Source: a virus. Taken from it: a stretch of 64,000 nucleotides of DNA. The notes below the pieces were generated by a model. The model was given only the letters and a program-made list of their open reading frames with translations. It was not told where the DNA came from and did not search any database. The stretch lies in the IMG/VR virus record IMGVR_UViG_3300045922_000709, positions 16,477 through 80,476 of that record; one strand, given 5' to 3'. How positions within the stretch are numbered: the stretch's first letter is position 1; each line of letters starts with the position of its first letter. Below, one piece after another: positions 21,101 through 31,614 of this stretch. A program made the translations under genes and the position numbers.

Positions 21101-24100
21101 TTTAGCACAGCTTCATTTTTTAAAACTATTTCTTTAATTAAATTAAAATATTGTTCTTTTTTAGATTTAAGTTTTTCATTATTAAAGTTTTGTAAAATAA
21201 GAATCATTAGCTGTGTACCAGCTGTAATTTTAGTTTTACTGTTTTGTGAAATCTCTAATTGATTAAAAAAATACTGTCTTTGTAAAACATCTACATTTTC
21301 AGCAACTATTTTTTCAGCAGATTTTTTAATAAAATTATCAATAGATATTTTTTTATCTAAAGTGGCTTTTTTACCACTACTCATGACAACCCTTACGGAC
21401 TTAACTTCTTGAAAAGATTTATATAAAAATTCAGCATTAGGTTTTCCGTTTTTGCCAATTTCTCCATTAGCGTATTCTAATACAAGATCTAATAAAGATT
21501 TATCAGAAGACACTTGTATTTGATTAATTTCAATTTCGCTTATTTTATCTAATAAAGGCGATTTACCAAAAATATAAGATAAAGGATAAGCAGACGTTTT
21601 AACATAATGAAATTTTGAATCAGAGCTTGAATAACCAGCATACACCGGTTTATAAGCTTGAAAAACAAAATTTACATTATTTAATAATTTTTGAGCTATT
21701 TCTTTTTTACCATGCTTAAATAATATATCAGCACATATAATGTCTAAAAATTCGGTTTTAGATATTTTACCTTCTGCTAAATATATTTTAGCAAATTCAA
21801 GTAAACTAACATATTCTTGAGCGTCTGCTTTTGCTATTTTAGAATATGCTTTAATATTGTCTTTTCTACCCTCTGCTTCTAATCTTTCTTTTACAGTTTC
21901 TTTTCCACCTTCGTCTGTGCTATCTTTTGGAATTTCAATAGGATTTTTATCTAAATCAAATCTTTCATCTATTGGTTCTTCAAGAACAATAGAATAAAAT
22001 TCAGGATTTTCATAATTACCAATAGTACCGGGTGCCACTAAAGCAGCATTTCTTTTATTAACTTCTTTCCAAACATTTTCAACAGACTTTAAAAAATCAT
22101 TTATTTTATTAGTGTCAAATTCGCTTGTAAATAAAGTAAATAAATTGTCAAATTTTAACTTATTATGAAAAGTTGCAGGGTCTGAAGTAAGCTGTCTAAA
22201 CTTAGTGTGAAGATATATAAATTTTCTATTAGTTACATCAGTGTAACCAATGGATTTAAAAATAGCATCAAAATCAGCAGGATTTATCCCGGTTTTTTGA
22301 AAATTAACAGTTCCATTTTCAAAAGTTATCGAACCATCTCTAATTTTCCCCAACAAGGGTGTTGCTTTCTTATATTCTTCTGAAACGTTTGTAGAAACAA
22401 CACCATTATTTATAGACGGTAATAATAATTTACCATTTGCATCAACTCTAACTATATTTAAAATAGGCATCATATAAAAGATTCTTTCTGAATCTTTTAA
22501 TGTAAAATCAGAGATTCTGGCTATTTCTGGCCCAACAATTTCATTCAAAAATGTTTCATAATATTTTTGAGAGTTCATTTTTCTATTAAATTCGTTCACC
22601 TCTTCTGCTTTTAATTTTAAAATAGGTGCCGAAGGTTTATCTGATAAAGCAGGAGGTAAAAAATAAACCTCTTGTCTTGAATCTAATAATCGTCTTGTTA
22701 AATCTCTTCTTTGCTCTTTACTTAATTCTGTAAATTTATAAACTCGACCGTCAATAGATATAGATGATAAATTTCTATTATCTATATCAAATATACCTAA
22801 ACTTTCTACAACAGGTGCTCTAAATGGATTTTTTAATAATTCTTCTACAAAACTATTAAATGAATTTTTTAATTTAGAAAATATTTCAGATATAAATGTT
22901 TTTCTTGAAATATTTTGATATTGTTTTTGATGTATCCTAGTTGATTGATTTAAAGGAAATAATCCTAATTTAGAAGCTTCATTTAATAACTCAAAATAAT
23001 TTGGATCTTTAAGTAAAGCTAAATCAGTTAAGCTTAAACTAGGATTTTTAACTCTAAAATTACTTAATTTAACTTCAAAACTTAATAATAAATTATTAAG
23101 ATTTATATTTTTTTCTGCAAGCTTTCTTTGCAATACTTCAAATTGGTCATCTGTTAAAACAACACCAAATATATTTCTTATATTTAATTTTTGTCCATTT
23201 TTAGTAGCTCTTACAAAAGCATTAATAAAAGCATTTCTATAATTAATAAAAGTATTATATTTGTTTTCATCATTAAAATATAAAGTGTTTTCTTCTTTAA
23301 TTGAAACACTACAATGAAATACTTTTGAATGACTAAATATTTTAATTAAATCATTAGTATAAACATTGTCTTTGTCTTTTTCTACAAAGTATTTAAGAGC
23401 AGCTGCCTCAACACTACCATATTGACTAACTAAATCTTCAAGCTGAATTAATAATTCATCTTTAGTTTTAGGGCTATTTAAATGAGTTGCTAAATAAACT
23501 AAAGCATTTTTATCATCTAAAAATAGCTCTAATCCATTTTCTGAAAGAACACCTGTAGTTGCATAATATCGACCATCTTCATATTCAATATTAAAAACAG
23601 GTAATCTTTTAAATAAATTTCTTGTTCTTTTGCTTAAAGATTCAATAAAATCTTTTACAAAATTAACATCTTCTCCAAAAACTTCAGAAGGTTTGGAGTT
23701 TTCTCCATCGACCACATCTATTTCTAATTCTTCTGATTTTTCTTCTTGTGTTTCTGTAGTCAATCCTTCTAATGTTTCTATTTCTTCTAAAGCTTTTTGA
23801 TCTTCTTTTGCTTGTTCTAAAGCTTTTAATTTATTTTTAAATAATTCATTATCTTTAATTATATTTAACTGAGCTTGTTTTGCAATAGCTTTTAGATTGT
23901 TTTCTTCAAGAATTGCTTTAAGTTTTATAATATCTAATTCATCAATTTCATCTCTTTCTTCTAATTCTTCTAATTCTCTTAATTTATTTTCGATATTTGT
24001 TTTTACATATTCAATAGGATTTTTTATATTTTTATCTACTGCTAAAATTAAAAATGAAGCAAAAAAATTAGAAGCTTGTTTAAATAGTTCATAATCCAAT

Positions 24101-27100
24101 ATATTTGCGTTATCTAAAGAATAACCAATGGTATATTCTTTAAATCCTTGTTCAATAAAATTTTCAAGTTCGGGTGTTATAGGTTGTTCTTGAAAATTAC
24201 TTATAATGGGTGCAGAACCTAAAGCAGAAGAATTATCTATAACCGCTTTTCCTTTTCCTTTTCTTTTTCTTTTTTGTTTAATTTCTGGTTCATTTTCATT
24301 TTCGTTTTCATTTTCGTTTTGATTTTCATTTTCGTTTTGATTTTCGTTTTGATTTTCGTTTTGATTTTCGTTTTGATTTTGATTTTGATTTTGATTTTGA
24401 TTTTCTTGTATCAATTGATCTATTTTATTTTTAATAAAATTTTCTATTTCAACAATATCTTTTTTATTATTAATATCTTTAGATGCAACTAAAGAAATAG
24501 ATTCAATTGAGTTTTCTTTTTCAATATAAATATTTTTATTATCCCGTAAAGTATATTTATATCCGTTGTAATTATTTTCAATTAAAATATTACTTGATAA
24601 ATTATTAGTATTGTTGTTAGCAGTTGTATTAACAGCTACATTAGCGGTATTATTATTATTAGTAGATGTATTATTAGTATTATCATCTAATTCTTCAGAT
24701 TCATTATATTTAGATTCTGGGTCAAATTCTTCTAATAATCTTAATGAAATATCGGGATTAAATTTAGATAAAGTGATTAATTTTTTTTGATCCCCTAATG
24801 TTTCAATTAAAGAATATGTTAATTTACTAGAATAAGCACCTGCAATTTCCAAATATTCTTTTAAATTTTTAGCATTTTCTTGATTATATGTATTTCCTTT
24901 TTGTAAAACTTGTTGAAAATTAGTTTCATTTAAGTTAAAATATATAGAATTATTAAGAGATGTAAATAAAGCAGCGACTAATAATTTTTTTGTTTCGTTG
25001 TTTGAATTTTCTTCAGGATAATTTTCTTTAACATATTCATCTATAAAACCCCTAAGACCTTCTGCTTCTTCAAAAGTTTTTTCAGCATATTCTACTATTA
25101 AAATATATTTTTCTCCATCTTTAATCGATACATTGTTTAAAAAATATTGTAAATGATTTAAAGAATCATCTTTATTTTTAAATTTAAAAATTGAACCTAA
25201 TGATTCTTTTAAATCTTCATAAGTAAATACATTGTTTTCATTATCAACTTTAATTGTTAGTTTTCCATCTTCCCATTTTGTTTTAAAATTAAATTTTTTA
25301 TCGCTATTTATAAGTTTATCTACAAATTTTATAAAAGGAGATTCTAAATTATTTAAAGGATTATATAATAAAGAATTAAATATATCGTTATTTTGAGCAT
25401 AAAAATATAATATGTCATAAATTGGTTTACCATCTTTACTTTCACTTACTTTAATAGGTACTAAAACACCTCTTTTATTATGTGAATATTTTATAATTTG
25501 ATCTATTAAAGAACCTTGATATCCTAATTTTTCTAAATATTCTACTGTTAATTTAGTATTTGGCGTAACAGAAATAGCCAAATTAAAAAGAATGTTGGTT
25601 CCACTAATTTTAATATTTTTAAGTTGTTCAATATTCTGATTTTTTTCTATAAAATTCAAACCTAAACTATATGCCGCATCATATCTAAAATCAAAAATAA
25701 TTCTAGGTTTACCGTTATCAAATTTAATTGAAAATTTACCTCTGTTTTCTCTAAGTTTAATTATTTTTTCTATTTCGTTTTTGTCTAAACTAATACCTAA
25801 AGTTGCCAAAAGATTCAAACTATTTTTTACAATTTTTGAATACTCTTCGCTAAAATTAGGATTATTTAATGTTTTAACTATAGTTCTTAAATCTTCAAGT
25901 TGACCTTCATCTAAAGCTACATTAAATGCTGCAATATCTCTGCTATCTTCTACTAAATAACCAGAGTTTTTCTTAGTTAAAGCAACTTTAAGTTTATCTC
26001 CTGGTTTTAATCCTTTGTTTTTAAGATGTTTTAATAAAATTTCAGAATTAATTTTATCTTGTTGAATAGTTCTTTCTTGATTTTCATTTTCGCCAGGTAA
26101 TGGTAAATGACCTATTTTTACACCTTCTTCATCTACAAAAAATAAATAATCTTTTCCTTTTTCATTTACATATGTTAAATAACAAATAATTTGACCATTA
26201 CTATGTAGTCTCAATACTTTTAATAAATTATTCATTTTTTTAAATAAATAATTTCCACTTTTTAGTAAAGCTTTATTTAAAGAAACATTATTTATAACTT
26301 GATTTTCGTTTGTAGAAACAACTATTTTAACACCTTGTGCTTCTTCAACATCAGATGGAATTGGCTCTAAATGCAATAAATCTTTGGGTTTGTTAGGATC
26401 TTTACTTTTATTAGCATCTAAATTTTCAGAAGCTTCTACGACAGGAACATAAGCGCGAGCATATTTTTCACCAAATTCATTAAAAAATAAATCAAGTGCT
26501 GTTTCTTCAGCTAATTCAGATAATGATTTTTTTAATTTTTTAGATTTTTTAGATTTATTTTTAGGTTTTGATTCGCTGTTTTCATTAAATTCATTATTTT
26601 CATTATTTTCATTAGATTCATTATTTTGATTGTTTTGATTGTTTTGATTAGACTCTTCAGAATCATCTACAGTTTCTTCATTTTCTGATTGCTGTTCTTC
26701 ATTTATGTTTTCAGCTTTTTTGTTTTTTCTTTTATTTCTTTTTCTATTTTTTTTGTTTTCTTCTACCGCATCATTAACTTGTTCTTTAGAATTTTTTAAT
26801 TTTTCTTTTAACTCGTTTATTTGAGCTTCTAATTCATCGATTTCTTCTGCTAAATTATTTAATTGATTTGATTGATCATTATAATTAGGGTTGTTTGTTG
26901 AACCAGCATCTAATAAAATATTTAATTCGTCATGCTTTATTTGTTTTTGCTTTTTTAATTTTTCTAAATCATTTATTTGTTGTTGAATAGATATTGGTTC
27001 TTGAGCTTTTTCAACAATTTCTTCATTAGATTCAGCTTTATCTATATCTTCTTCTTTAATTCCATTTTTATTTAAAACCTCATCTGCTTGTTCTTTTTTA

Positions 27101-29523
27101 GATTTGTTAAATTTATCTTTGTATTTTGCTGAAAATTCATCAATTTGTTGTTTAAAAAAGTTTTTTCTATCTTGCTCTTTTACTTTTCCTTCTGCTGTTT
27201 TTCTTCTAAACCAGTTTTTGAAATTACCAATCCAACCTTCTTCCCCATATAAATTTTTAAGTCGATTGCTTAAATTTTCTCTTGCTTTTTTAATTTGAGT
27301 ATATTTATAATGAGCATTTTTTAATTCTTCAAAATTGTCTAAATTAGGTACATTATCTATAATCGGATCGTCTAAATCTGAAATATCTGCTATAATTTCA
27401 GCTTTTTCATCATTAGTACCAACTATTTTTGATGAAGCTTTTTTAACAGCTTCTTGATATTCTTGTTTTGCTTCTTTAAAATCTCTTTCAATAAGATCTC
27501 TTCTTATATTATCTTGAGCATACATTAATCTAGCTTTTCTTGTTTCTTCTTCATTTAAATCTTTACTTTTGTCTCCAAATTTTTGATGAGCCGTAGCATA
27601 ATAATTTTCAAAGTTTTCAAAATCTCTAATTAATCTTTCAGAAGATTCTTCTAAAATAGGTTTGTTTTCTTCTTTTGCATTATTTGATAATTCACTTAAT
27701 TGATATTCTAAAAGATCAAGAGCTTGTCTATCTGAATATTGTTCGTATAAACTTGAATAAATTTCAGATTTTATTTTATATAAAGATTCAAAATCATTAT
27801 TGTCAATAGCTTCTTTTGCTTGAGCAAAGAAAATATCATGTTCAATTTGTGATTGTATATATTTTTTAGCAGTTTCTGGAATTACATCAGATTCCCATAT
27901 ATTTTCAATCATTCCCATTAAAACTACATTTCTTTCTAATTTTTCTTTTTGAGATAAATTTTTAATAAAATCTGTTTTTAATCCTTCAATTAAATCATAA
28001 TCTTTTTTAGTTTTTATTCTATCTGATACACCAGCTATTGCAGATGTAATTGAAGAACCCAATAAACCTTGAAGACCTGCTTCTAAAACTTCAGGATCAG
28101 TTGCATAATATAAAGGGGAAAAAATACCATGAGCGTATTGATTTTTTCCTGCTTTTTGAATCATTTGCACTAAGCTTTCTTCAAAACTTTCTTTTAAACT
28201 TTCACCTACAAAAGTATTTAATCCTGAAAATGTAGAAGGTTTTAAAACTTTTTGAGATGCCCAATCAACACCATATTTTGCGCCTAATCTTGCGCCAGCT
28301 TTAGCATCACCTAAAAGAGAAAATAAATTATAATTTAATGCAGTGGTAACAGCAGAAGTTGAAGAGTAAACTAAAGATGCGTTTTTTGCTGCAATTTGTT
28401 TGATTTCTTCATCATTATATTTACCTTCTGCTGTTAATTTTTCTACAATATTATTATATACTTCTGATGCTGAAGATCTTGCTTCTAAGCTTGCAGCAAC
28501 CATCGACCCGCTTAAAATATCTTTATTTAAATGAGCTTCTTTAATAGCATGTGCAGCATTTGTTTGAACTTTACCTATTTTACCGCCAACATTTAAATTG
28601 CCTAATCTAGTAATTTTATTTGCTACATCTAATGCTCCAAAAGTAAAAGGATCTTGTACATAATTAGATACACCTTTTGTAGCTTTATTTATTCGACCCA
28701 TTGCAAGACCCGATGCAACACCGCCAATAGAACTTGTACCAGCAGAATGAATAGCTCCTGCTATATAACTTTTATCAAATAAATTACTCCATTCTATTCC
28801 TTCTTCAGTAAAAACTCTTTTGTTAGGTACTTTATAACCAGTTATTTCTTCTATATTTGCTCTTTGATCATTTAATGCTTTTGATATATTATAACCACCA
28901 ATCGATAAATCATAAGGATTATAATTAGGATCTGTACTGTATTTTACATTATATTTAGAAGCAGCGTCTAAAAATGCACCTGTTAAAACACTGCCCGCAA
29001 GAACATAACCTGCTCTACCAACACCTATTTTAAAACCAGCAGCAGCTCCGGGTAAAGCTCCTACGCCACCAAAAAAAGCACCACCTACAGCACCAGCACC
29101 TGTATACGTTCCAATTGTAAGTAAAGCGTTAGATACACCAGCTCCTATATGATCTGGTGTACTTTTCAACAAATCTACAAAAAAATCATCTAATAAGCCG
29201 TCATTAATTAATTTAGGTAAATTTTTAGAAAAATCTACACCCGTTTGACCAATTACAGCAGTTGAAGCTAATCCTTCAGCTGCCATTAAAGCACTGTTTA
29301 ATACAAAAGAAGAAGCATAACTAGTTATTTTATCAAATGTAGATTTTTCTTCTTGTTTAACTTTTTCTTTAACAGCATATTCACCAATTCTAGATCTATC
29401 TTCTTCTATTTCATCATAACCGCGTTTACGAGCAGCTTCAATATAAGTACCGTCAAGAAAAGATTTAAGAAGAGCGTGTTTTTCACCTAAAGAAGATGTA
29501 TCTCTTTCTATTAAATGTCCCAT
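18181..29523 (-). CDS. Giant virion-packaged RNA polymerase (crAss-type), 3780 aa
   Basis: Catalytic motif MGADFDIDK (DFDID at 20470-20484), upstream GFRLPTSG, DAQEYVS and KPVYAG as in phi14:2 gp66-type RNAPs; N-terminal Gly/Ala-rich hydrophobic region; C-terminal zincin-like segment. Confidence 0.92.
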   Translation of the reverse strand: MGHLIERDTSSLGEKHALLKSFLDGTYIEAARKRGYDEIEEDRSRIGEYAVKEKVKQEEKSTFDKITSYASSFVLNSALMAAEGLASTAVIGQTGVDFSKNLPKLINDGLLDDFFVDLLKSTPDHIGAGVSNALLTIGTYTGAGAVGGAFFGGVGALPGAAAGFKIGVGRAGYVLAGSVLTGAFLDAASKYNVKYSTDPNYNPYDLSIGGYNISKALNDQRANIEEITGYKVPNKRVFTEEGIEWSNLFDKSYIAGAIHSAGTSSIGGVASGLAMGRINKATKGVSNYVQDPFTFGALDVANKITRLGNLNVGGKIGKVQTNAAHAIKEAHLNKDILSGSMVAASLEARSSASEVYNNIVEKLTAEGKYNDEEIKQIAAKNASLVYSSTSAVTTALNYNLFSLLGDAKAGARLGAKYGVDWASQKVLKPSTFSGLNTFVGESLKESFEESLVQMIQKAGKNQYAHGIFSPLYYATDPEVLEAGLQGLLGSSITSAIAGVSDRIKTKKDYDLIEGLKTDFIKNLSQKEKLERNVVLMGMIENIWESDVIPETAKKYIQSQIEHDIFFAQAKEAIDNNDFESLYKIKSEIYSSLYEQYSDRQALDLLEYQLSELSNNAKEENKPILEESSERLIRDFENFENYYATAHQKFGDKSKDLNEEETRKARLMYAQDNIRRDLIERDFKEAKQEYQEAVKKASSKIVGTNDEKAEIIADISDLDDPIIDNVPNLDNFEELKNAHYKYTQIKKARENLSNRLKNLYGEEGWIGNFKNWFRRKTAEGKVKEQDRKNFFKQQIDEFSAKYKDKFNKSKKEQADEVLNKNGIKEEDIDKAESNEEIVEKAQEPISIQQQINDLEKLKKQKQIKHDELNILLDAGSTNNPNYNDQSNQLNNLAEEIDELEAQINELKEKLKNSKEQVNDAVEENKKNRKRNKRKNKKAENINEEQQSENEETVDDSEESNQNNQNNQNNESNENNENNEFNENSESKPKNKSKKSKKLKKSLSELAEETALDLFFNEFGEKYARAYVPVVEASENLDANKSKDPNKPKDLLHLEPIPSDVEEAQGVKIVVSTNENQVINNVSLNKALLKSGNYLFKKMNNLLKVLRLHSNGQIICYLTYVNEKGKDYLFFVDEEGVKIGHLPLPGENENQERTIQQDKINSEILLKHLKNKGLKPGDKLKVALTKKNSGYLVEDSRDIAAFNVALDEGQLEDLRTIVKTLNNPNFSEEYSKIVKNSLNLLATLGISLDKNEIEKIIKLRENRGKFSIKFDNGKPRIIFDFRYDAAYSLGLNFIEKNQNIEQLKNIKISGTNILFNLAISVTPNTKLTVEYLEKLGYQGSLIDQIIKYSHNKRGVLVPIKVSESKDGKPIYDILYFYAQNNDIFNSLLYNPLNNLESPFIKFVDKLINSDKKFNFKTKWEDGKLTIKVDNENNVFTYEDLKESLGSIFKFKNKDDSLNHLQYFLNNVSIKDGEKYILIVEYAEKTFEEAEGLRGFIDEYVKENYPEENSNNETKKLLVAALFTSLNNSIYFNLNETNFQQVLQKGNTYNQENAKNLKEYLEIAGAYSSKLTYSLIETLGDQKKLITLSKFNPDISLRLLEEFDPESKYNESEELDDNTNNTSTNNNNTANVAVNTTANNNTNNLSSNILIENNYNGYKYTLRDNKNIYIEKENSIESISLVASKDINNKKDIVEIENFIKNKIDQLIQENQNQNQNQNQNENQNENQNENQNENENQNENENENENEPEIKQKRKRKGKGKAVIDNSSALGSAPIISNFQEQPITPELENFIEQGFKEYTIGYSLDNANILDYELFKQASNFFASFLILAVDKNIKNPIEYVKTNIENKLRELEELEERDEIDELDIIKLKAILEENNLKAIAKQAQLNIIKDNELFKNKLKALEQAKEDQKALEEIETLEGLTTETQEEKSEELEIDVVDGENSKPSEVFGEDVNFVKDFIESLSKRTRNLFKRLPVFNIEYEDGRYYATTGVLSENGLELFLDDKNALVYLATHLNSPKTKDELLIQLEDLVSQYGSVEAAALKYFVEKDKDNVYTNDLIKIFSHSKVFHCSVSIKEENTLYFNDENKYNTFINYRNAFINAFVRATKNGQKLNIRNIFGVVLTDDQFEVLQRKLAEKNINLNNLLLSFEVKLSNFRVKNPSLSLTDLALLKDPNYFELLNEASKLGLFPLNQSTRIHQKQYQNISRKTFISEIFSKLKNSFNSFVEELLKNPFRAPVVESLGIFDIDNRNLSSISIDGRVYKFTELSKEQRRDLTRRLLDSRQEVYFLPPALSDKPSAPILKLKAEEVNEFNRKMNSQKYYETFLNEIVGPEIARISDFTLKDSERIFYMMPILNIVRVDANGKLLLPSINNGVVSTNVSEEYKKATPLLGKIRDGSITFENGTVNFQKTGINPADFDAIFKSIGYTDVTNRKFIYLHTKFRQLTSDPATFHNKLKFDNLFTLFTSEFDTNKINDFLKSVENVWKEVNKRNAALVAPGTIGNYENPEFYSIVLEEPIDERFDLDKNPIEIPKDSTDEGGKETVKERLEAEGRKDNIKAYSKIAKADAQEYVSLLEFAKIYLAEGKISKTEFLDIICADILFKHGKKEIAQKLLNNVNFVFQAYKPVYAGYSSSDSKFHYVKTSAYPLSYIFGKSPLLDKISEIEINQIQVSSDKSLLDLVLEYANGEIGKNGKPNAEFLYKSFQEVKSVRVVMSSGKKATLDKKISIDNFIKKSAEKIVAENVDVLQRQYFFNQLEISQNSKTKITAGTQLMILILQNFNNEKLKSKKEQYFNLIKEIVLKNEAVLKKELGVENIENLAEDSEDFNQLIENLDKKLRDILKKDLNDINALRELELGQSLFESNSWKIFESKILALFSKTIDLKLPGNAAVLLSDDYLDRIDDLQNKNGIYMFDKNKKQLGVNETIIPWDYAYDEKTKRFKPSSDNSAKIKGFEKYLENPEKYNKFLPKEILGFRLPTSGLQSARPQTIVGYLSPIMGNMIICDPTVLVSMGADFDIDKHYYYKVDPSKNNSLSNRLIRTKLKLIKDPNRYHEMFYAIGGGKFAELATELDKAKPASLDPAGLDYQMGLYEDAKAGKTAVGAFSLGVTGFVKFQEAKVYLKPKHHVVIKKANGQNLLFAEFFGEKTIDGTSKRIDVLSQLQNLALDNIKDPKLNTLLIKDATQYICNLLAALGFSEKDIVSTFTDNQALINRYIEKYEKLQDMNMAVEEMMQTENVIPNTNAIIKEENILNAEGKVIGTKYKLDLANFAAIVKLADAYRGTQSVIRPQAKKAGAFVIDNIRQKQDLAKIRNLSKAGQSPFGNIEYLIDNTNDNKTIYEVMNDIVLNLPSKVLRNIIPLYRDNLLSNLESAFKSLGSFKKSLVYFFNVLNGYVYSEAVVGEFKNLKIITDKLNELLPYVRKRHPNNKLLISLELYDEGYYGINNLVKPDKNQIVNDWYSLLMSNDVLDNQFAILLIKSTLMTNATSFGNKTLFPYIPSDYLVYIKNKSYSDFLDFNSPFFKTFVDKFKEIFESKTPTLTLIKEVEKTKEIANPNIIDYLDKLPSYKKNLILELAKFAGIDLRSINLVIDDTLPNSSPGFFDRNSNTITVKGNISAEIFNDILFEEVFHAVTIDNIVNNKATVQKFQSIYNFLIKDLEERKKKGLRITQEQQHVLDYLAQSFAKSPEVGVAEFTAAFFRYNSFRSLMNDVNITKDETYFHRIIKEISDVLKRFIFNKTNDINLAQLFVEEFNSTFLADNIKTSNQVDLTGIARLKALGINIC
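24289..24408 (-). repeat. 6-bp microsatellite encoding an (N-Q/E)n linker in the vRNAP
   Basis: Run of ttttga/ttttcg/ttttca units translating to NQNQNQNQNENQNE... Confidence 0.9.
26575..26652 (-). repeat. Degenerate 9-bp repeat encoding an NQN/NEN low-complexity linker in the vRNAP
   Basis: Translation SNQNNQNNQNNESNENNENNEFNENSES. Confidence 0.75.
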
Positions 29524-29560
29524 TATTATTAATTTAAATATAAAATTAAATTAAAAATTA

Positions 29561-31579
29561 TTAATTTGTATCTTCAAAATTTGTTACTAAATTTTTTAAA
29601 GCTTCTATTCTTTGTTTTTTATTATATGTTAATAATAAACTTTTAATAAAATTTGAAGTTTGTTCATCGCCTATAATTTCAGCAAGTCTTTCTTTTATAC
29701 CAATTTCAGTATCTTGAAGAGGAAATAAAAAATCAATTTCGGAAGCTGATTTAATACCCCCTTTAGAATTAGTGTTAACAATTCCTCCAAAACCTATTAT
29801 AAAATTATTAGTAACAGGATTGTATCTTATTATAAAATTTTTATTTTTTACCGTGTTTTGACGAGAAGTAACATTTCCATCAAATTCATAAGAAAAAGAT
29901 CTATATATTTCTTTTTCTTTATCAGTAATTTTATTTTGTGCTTGTTTATTTTCTAAATATGCTTTAGTTTTTTCAAGTAAAGCAGCAACAAGATTTTTAT
30001 TATTGCTATTATCTGTAGATAAAATATAAAAATTAGTGAGTTTATTTAAATGTTTAGCCGCTTTCATATAATATATATCTAAAGCAGTTCCTATTTTTTG
30101 ATCTTTTTCATCAAATCCTTTTATCATTAATTTATGTAAGTTTGCTTTATCAGTTGAATTAAGTGTTTTAACTTGATCCAATATTGGTAATTTTTCTAAT
30201 CCTTGCGGTATTGTTTGATTTGCTAAAAAAGCTCTAACAGCTTCAAAATCATTTTTATTGTTGATTACAATATTTTTATATTTTGTTTTTATTTTTTCTT
30301 TTAAATTTTTAAAATCTTCACTATTAAAAAATTCATTTTTAGCAAAATCTCTAACATGTTCATATAATTCGCGCGGTATAGCACCTTCATCATACCAAAT
30401 TTTATTATTGTATATACCAAAAGTATTAGCATCTATACCATATATATAGTTTTCTTGTTTTTTCTTTTTATCTCCCGAACCACCGCTTTGTTTTGGCCCT
30501 TTCATATAAGATTGAGTTACGCTAACCGATTTATTATCGTAAGCTTCTAAACCAGCATATGTTTCAATTAAAGATACCAAATAATTATTAGAGTATTTTT
30601 TTAATTCCTTTTCAGCTTCGACTTTTTCTTCTTCATTTTCTGAAAAAAGTTGTAAATATTTAGAAGGATCGTTTTTAAAAAACTCATATTTTGATTTTAA
30701 ATCAACGGTATCGTAAAATTGACGATAAATAGATTTAGCTCCATTACTATTTAAAAAAGAACCGAATTTTTCAGCAAGATATTTTTTAGACTCTGGTAAA
30801 GTCATTCCACTAATAGCTGTTTTTGTTGATTTTAATAAATTTAAATTTTCTATAAAACCTAAACCAGACTGAAAAATTTGTTCATTTCTTATTGGTTTAT
30901 CATTTACAATTTTTTTAAATTCTTCAACAGGATTTACAGTGTTTCTAAAAAGACTATCTAATGCTACACCATTATCTACTAATAAATCTAAAGAACCTTC
31001 TAAAGATTTAATAGGATTATATCCTTCTTCTATTCTTTTTTTTACTTTTTCAGCAATAGCAGGATTTGTTAAAATATCCATTATTATTTCAGGAGATTGA
31101 GAAAACCTATCTTGCAATTTAGAATTTTTAATAGCATCTTCTACATTTTTAACCTTACCTTCTAATTGACCCGCCTGACCAGCCAAACTTTGCATTTTGG
31201 CTACAGAAGTTTGAACTTGTAAAGGGGTTAATTCGCTTTTACTAACTTTATCTATAAGTTCATTTTGAGCCGTGTATAAAGTGTTTAATAAATTATTTCT
31301 TTGATTTAATAAACTAGAATTATCAGTTAAAAGATTAACTCCTTCAATACTTAAAGTTGGTGTTTCTGTAAATTTATATCCACCTAAAACATTACCAAGC
31401 TCTTTTAGCATTTTTACATTTTCTTTATCATTTTCTTCTTTAGCTTTATTTTGAGAAGCATAAACCTTACTTAATGTGCTATATACATATTGTCCTATAT
31501 CTAATGGTACAATTTCGGGTTGTTCTTGATCTAATATAGTCCCCTCATTTAATTTAGGGGATTGTCTGTTGGTTCTCAT
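29561..31579 (-). CDS. Virion cargo/ejection protein (672 aa)
   Basis: Position between cargo 1 and vRNAP; helical with a Gly/Ser/Lys linker (KQSGGSGDKKKK). Confidence 0.65.
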   Translation of the reverse strand: MRTNRQSPKLNEGTILDQEQPEIVPLDIGQYVYSTLSKVYASQNKAKEENDKENVKMLKELGNVLGGYKFTETPTLSIEGVNLLTDNSSLLNQRNNLLNTLYTAQNELIDKVSKSELTPLQVQTSVAKMQSLAGQAGQLEGKVKNVEDAIKNSKLQDRFSQSPEIIMDILTNPAIAEKVKKRIEEGYNPIKSLEGSLDLLVDNGVALDSLFRNTVNPVEEFKKIVNDKPIRNEQIFQSGLGFIENLNLLKSTKTAISGMTLPESKKYLAEKFGSFLNSNGAKSIYRQFYDTVDLKSKYEFFKNDPSKYLQLFSENEEEKVEAEKELKKYSNNYLVSLIETYAGLEAYDNKSVSVTQSYMKGPKQSGGSGDKKKKQENYIYGIDANTFGIYNNKIWYDEGAIPRELYEHVRDFAKNEFFNSEDFKNLKEKIKTKYKNIVINNKNDFEAVRAFLANQTIPQGLEKLPILDQVKTLNSTDKANLHKLMIKGFDEKDQKIGTALDIYYMKAAKHLNKLTNFYILSTDNSNNKNLVAALLEKTKAYLENKQAQNKITDKEKEIYRSFSYEFDGNVTSRQNTVKNKNFIIRYNPVTNNFIIGFGGIVNTNSKGGIKSASEIDFLFPLQDTEIGIKERLAEIIGDEQTSNFIKSLLLTYNKKQRIEALKNLVTNFEDTN

Positions 31580-31608
31580 AAAAAAATAGGAGTTTATTAA
31601 CCCCTATT
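31580..31608 (-). terminator. Intrinsic terminator-like hairpin after the cargo 1 gene
   Basis: Minus strand AATAGGGGTT-AATA-AACTCCTATT followed by a U run that abuts the next ATG. Confidence 0.65.
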
Positions 31609-31614
31609 CTACGA

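Noticed and set aside
24274-24492. Hydrophobic + strand ORF (FVLIFVLI...) resembling a membrane protein
   Set aside because: It is the antisense reading of the N/Q/E microsatellite within the vRNAP gene.
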